Below, one piece after another: positions 38,595-64,000 of a stretch of DNA of 64,000 nucleotides. A program made the position numbers and the translations under genes. The DNA is from Eledone cirrhosa (Eukaryota). Numbering within the stretch: position 1 is the stretch's first letter; the number at the start of each line of letters is the position of its first letter. The stretch spans positions 28,086,001 through 28,150,000 of the forward strand of contig OZ024754.1 in the NCBI GenBank assembly GCA_964016885.1, in the 5' to 3' direction. The notes beneath the pieces were generated by a model. That model was not told where the DNA came from and did no database searches. It saw only the letters and a program-made list of their open reading frames with translations.

Positions 38595-40600
38595 CTTTTA
38601 TTGGCCACAAGTACCCAAGATATTGGAGGACAAAAACAGCAGAGAATGGGTTTTACATAAAGTAAAGGAAAGGGACATTACCGAAGGGAAAACAGTATAA
38701 ATACAAATTATAGAAATGTTAATGAATATACATAACAATCGGGAAAGAAAACAATAACTAATTTCAACAAGGAGAAGTTCCCCAATAATGGGGCACTGCC
38801 CTTTAGGGTAATTACAGGGCTAATCCCACACAAAACCCTGGGTTACTGTGTTACTTCAAGGACATTGAAAGTGCCCTCTTCCTTCCTCCTGTTTATTAAA
38901 ACAGTCAGTTATGACCCGTTCAAACTCATCATCCGCTCTCACCCATCTTTCCTAAAACACACTAGAAGGCTGCCCTTCCTTATCTACCCTCACCTTCCTC
39001 TTCAAGTGGAACTTGACGAAGTTGATGAGAGTTCGGTCAGAGAGGAGTCCACTGCACAGCTTCCTTCACCATAACTACTGGACAGAGGAAGACTTGTCGC
39101 GCCTTTCTTCAAAATGAAGGCGATAGTTCAATTTTCAATATAGACTTGGCTGATAGCCAGATCTGCCTTACACGTGACAGCAGTTGTTTGACACAATACC
39201 ACAGTTTTGCAATGCGCGGGCACTGCATTCAAGGCGGTTTCGACAACCTGTGTGCATCTCGAACATGTCTAATTGTTGACGCTTCTGTGTCTGTAGAGCT
39301 TGTCTTAAACTGATATTGCCTTTCTGTAACGTTGACTTGCCAATGTGTCTTGGAAATTGTCCATAATCCCTGACCTGAAAGTCCTTCAGAAGAGCATGTT
39401 CAGACTCTCTTTGTCAATGTTCAGATCCGCTCCCGAGCTAACCTCTATAGAAATAAATGTTGTTTTCTAGCCATCTGTCATGTTGTGTAGCTAGTAAAAA
39501 GCCCCGAGTGCCTGGCAACACCATAGATGCTAGTCGCCCAAACTTGGTTTGCTCTTGACCTAGGACTGTAACTCAGTCTCAGAGACAAATTGGTGGAAGT
39601 CGTCACGTGAAAGGTGCTCACACTGGATGGGCTTCGCTTTCGCTGTCATCCTCATTGCGCATCAATAACGCATCAATAGCGCATCAATAGTGAATGCATG
39701 CCGAGGCCACCATGAAGTGGATGTTGGCAGCAGATTGATTTTCTGACCCTCGGGACTTGTCCTATCCACAAAAATTGGAAGACCATGCATTCGAATCTAA
39801 CCAGGTGTTTTGGAGAGTATGGTACGACAGACAAGCGTATACCACCGAAGCAATGTAGGTGATTGTTGTCTCTATTAGACCTTTAAGGGTTAGATTTCTG
39901 ACCATTTCTGGGTGTGATTGGCTACCTTGGTCGGGACCTCCTCCCACTTCTTGTCTACCTGGAAGTTCAATCAAAACCAGACTCAATGCACTTTGAGATT
40001 TCTGCTGGCTGACATGGGCCTGCCTTTCTACGTGCCTGGTTGCCGAGTTGTCCCGGTTAAAGCAAGCTCCAGTAACTACTAGTATTCTTCCAGTACGGTG
40101 CCGGTTGTTTCTATATCTGAAGTAGTCGATGTTATGAGTGATGTCATCTGCCTACGCAGACGCGGCTCTCCTGTAACCAAGATTAAGCGAAATTTCTTTA
40201 AAGATTTCCATTCTCCGTAGCGGAAGCTCCAAAGCAGAGGGAAGTAGGGGATTTCCGATGGAGAGTGCGTTTGATATGGAAAGGTTCTGATAAGTGGCGA
40301 TGCAATTTGACCACCGAACAGATGTCGCTGTAGAAAGAGGCCGAAATCAGCTGCTCTTAAGACAGCATCCAAGTAGCGATCGTCTACTCTGTCGAATGAT
40401 TTTGACGGATCTAAATTGACCAGTGCCCCGCCAAAGTTGGGTCTACGTCCCACCCACTCCACAATGAATCTCATGAGGTAGGGGTTATCATGAATAGATC
40501 TGCCAGGTATTGCACAGGTCAGTGCATCACCAACCATACATCAATGATAAGCGCAACCCTCTGGCCTAGCATCTTCGCGAACAGGCGCCTTCAATCGGAT
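38595..40600 (-). mobile_element. Tx1/L1-like LINE, 3' portion, degenerate
   Basis: CAIPGRSIHDN, NLDPSKSFDRVD; 3' end CTTGTGGCCAATAAA shared with 21657-21670. Confidence 0.7.
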
Positions 40601-42990
40601 CATGCTTGCCTCTCTCATCCACCTTTCAACAAATTAGATGGAAGTCAGCCCTTCCTTCTCCACCCTGATTTTCTTTCCTCAAGTGAAACTTGAAAAGATT
40701 GATCATAGCCTCGCCGAAGAGGAACGTGCCAGCCGCGTCCACGATACTTCTTTCGCAATGGATGATAAAAACTGCCTGCTACACCCGGATAAAAGAAACC
40801 GGTAGGGCTATATTCGCGAATGACACAACTGATGACCGGATCGGTCCTTTACGGGACAGCAGTTGTTCGACATAAATACACAAGTGACTAATCCTCAGAC
40901 ACTGGACGAGTGAATGTAGGACGGTTCTGTCGCCATGCGCGCATCTCGGACAGCTTCTAGCTGATGACACTTTCTTGTCTGGAGAGTTTATCTCGAACCA
41001 GCAATGGCCCTCTGTAGACATGCTAGTTCTCTGAAACTTATCTGGTCTGAAATTCCTCGGCGCTCAGTGATGTTCCAGGAATATCGCTTTTACCTGTCAC
41101 TAACCCTCTATAGAACGCTAAGATGGAGTACTGCTCGACGGGTGGAGGGCTGTGAGCGTTTGAAGACATTCCAGTTTCCAAGTGATCCCTTTTGGTCTTC
41201 GCTTGACACAAGACTGCATTTCTGTGAACGAGACGGGCTGAGGAAACACGCGTCTAGCAAATGGTGACAACACCGACAAAGGCAAGCTGGAGATGTCGTA
41301 GCCTCATAGTATATCAGCGTATCATCAGCGATGACATGTTAACAGCAAACACCTGACCAGCAGAATTTGCCCTTCCACAAGTTAAACATGGACCTGAACA
41401 AGGCATGACAGTTAGGCGATAGTAGATGATGGACTTTTCAGGGATAGCTTCCTCTCGGCCCATTTCTTGTTCTTTGCCCTGTCCTAGGTATTTCCTAACT
41501 AGAGATCTCTACCATACTAGAACCCAAACAATTTAACCGATCCGTCCATCGAAGACCCGATGACACTGCCGGATTGTTCCTGGAATTGTCTCTTTTGTCC
41601 TCACCTCTTATTCCCACAGAGCAATGTCGATCACTTCAATGCGATTGCTGCTCGACACCACTACGGTCACATCGTCGGCATGCGATGATGTGGCTCTCCC
41701 GCATCCTAGCTCATGCAAGATGCGCCTCAACGTCTCCAATTTGTGATGTAGTAGCTCTAGAGTCAGTGCATACAACGGAAACGAGAAAGAACAACCTTGG
41801 TGGACCGAGCGCATGATATTGAACGATTCCGCCAGGTGACCATTCACTCTGACCACCGAACAGATGTCCCTGTTCATTGTAGCAATCCATCCCCTGAAAA
41901 CGGATTCGAAACCGGCTGCCTTAAGGACAGCCGTCAGGTACCGGTGGGTAACCGTATTGAAAGTTTTCGATTGATCTCAATTGATCAGGGCCTCGCCCGT
42001 TCCAGGATCCTTGGCCACCCTCTCTATGATGCACCGCAAAAGGTGGAGGTTGTCGTGGGTGGATTTGTTTGGAAAAGCACATTTCTGCGCCTCTCCTATC
42101 AAGCCATCCACGACAAACGCCAACCACTTTGCTATCACTATGTCCAAAACTTTGAACTCTGCCTTTCAAAATTAACAATATGGTCTTCATTCTTAAGCTC
42201 CATTCTCAGCAGCAGCATCGCTCTTCGGTTCTCAGAAGGGCAGATCATCTAAGCAGGAACTTAAGTCAATTCTGCGATCCGGCCTGTCACGCACCAATTG
42301 AGCAAGGTAGCGCTGGAAAGCCGCATATGTCTGTTTGGAATGGTGTAGCACGCTTTCATCGTGATCCGTCAAAGAACGAATTGTAGTTTCTTGCCACGCC
42401 ACGCCCTTGTCACTCGAGCCCATCGAACAGCTTTCATTACTCCGTATCCTAGAGCCCATATCTTAACTCTAACAACGCAGCCTTCGTGTTTGACGTTCAA
42501 GAATTGGTCGAGGGCCAATCTCGCCATAAGCATGTAGGTTGTGTGGCCTTTTCTAAAATCCTTTTCTAAGATTCTAACTTGTTCTCCCTCAAATCGAGTT
42601 TTATTTATCGCTACTCCGTTACTAAATCTTATCTATTCTACTATAAACGCCCTTTTCATGGCAAACTACGAGTTGTTGACAATCTACGCACTTCAACGAC
42701 CGCTTACCATGTTTTCTAACACGACATCTGTAAGTTTTGCGCATCAAGAAAACCTTCAGCTTCTAGTATCCTGGTTCCAATTTAAGTCGACCGTACAGAT
42801 CAGAACTTTGTGCAAGTCAACAAATATAAACTGTGGACATCCTACGCTATTCCTATTTATTGATTTACAGAATACCCTATCTGACTCGATGCGGTTTGAC
42901 CATATCCATATTGACACATTCAGAACACCCAGCCGACATACATCAGACAGCTGCAAACGTCTGAGCAGGTTTGCGAGGCCTTAGCACCCC
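40600..42990 (-). mobile_element. Tx1/L1-like LINE, degenerate and deleted copy
   Basis: QGCSFSFPLY, HADDV, CPRC..TVLHSLVQC, APE remnants. Confidence 0.7.
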
Positions 42991-43033
42991 TCTCTTATTT
43001 GCTTGTCCTGGCGTGCATCAAAAATAGCGTTCT

Positions 43034-43145
43034 CAGAAGAAGAAGAAGAAGAAGAAGAAGAAGAAGAAGAAGAAGAAGAAGAAGAAGAAGAAGAAGAAGA
43101 AGAAGAAGAAGAAGAAGAAGAAGAAGAAGAAGAAGAAGAAGAAGA
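43034..43145. repeat. (GAA)n microsatellite
   Basis: Direct observation; similar tracts at 49631-49709 and 51378-51440. Confidence 0.97.
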
Positions 43146-43484
43146 CAAACAAAGTTGTATAAAACGATCGAGGGGCAAACTCGTTATGTAAAGGACAGAT
43201 TAAATTTAATCAAACTCGAGATGTGAAACACACAACATATAATATAAAAACATGGAAAAGATTAAAGACTGCCTATTCCTACACGAGTGGAAAGCCACTA
43301 GTTAGGTCGAGACCGAACACTACCCAGAGCGGTTACAATACATGTGGGGTTGGACAAATACAATTATATAAAACGACTGTTGAGGCAAGGACGCTATATA
43401 ATAGATGGATAAATTTGGTTAATCTACAGTGGAATCACGTTCCCTCTGGTTTTTATATCCTTAAGTCTTAATACAAAACTTGAT

Positions 43485-63922
<20,438 letters not shown>

Positions 63923-64000
63923 CTTGGAAGCTTATTATTACTAATGATGAAGTTGGTGGTGTAGATGAGGTGGAGGAAGACGGTGTTGATATTGTAGGTG

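Noticed and set aside
42981-43226. Poly-E/R/S ORFs
   Set aside because: (GAA)n microsatellite.

Overview
Eukaryotic (animal) genomic DNA, very rich in microsatellites and transposable elements. The SINE family and repeat style suggest a coleoid cephalopod such as Octopus (inference, no search run). It carries two complete tandem paralogous SLC22-family (OCT/OAT-like MFS transporter) genes on the minus strand. Each has 10 coding exons with identical phases and GT-AG junctions, and exons 1-9 have identical lengths (gene A 461-25432, 552 aa; gene B 43485-63922, 551 aa). Introns and the intergenic region hold RTE, Tx1/L1-like, CRE-type and R4/Dong-type non-LTR retrotransposons, Penelope-like elements (PLEs), Helitrons, a Chapaev-type DNA transposon and many tRNA-derived SINEs. 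Most notable non-genic signals: (1) several sequence-unrelated families of hammerhead-ribozyme-like motifs, one fully canonical and others with recurrent non-canonical cores (U.U at the base of stem II, A4 or C4), inside fold-back elements attached to (TA)n/(TAA)n tracts; (2) RLE-type R4/Dong-like LINEs inserted strand-specifically in (CATA)n arrays, some of which appear to be tails of bipartite RTE-derived elements; (3) loss of the canonical TM10/TM11 charged residues in both SLC22 paralogs. Most long ORFs in the supplied track are microsatellite artefacts.
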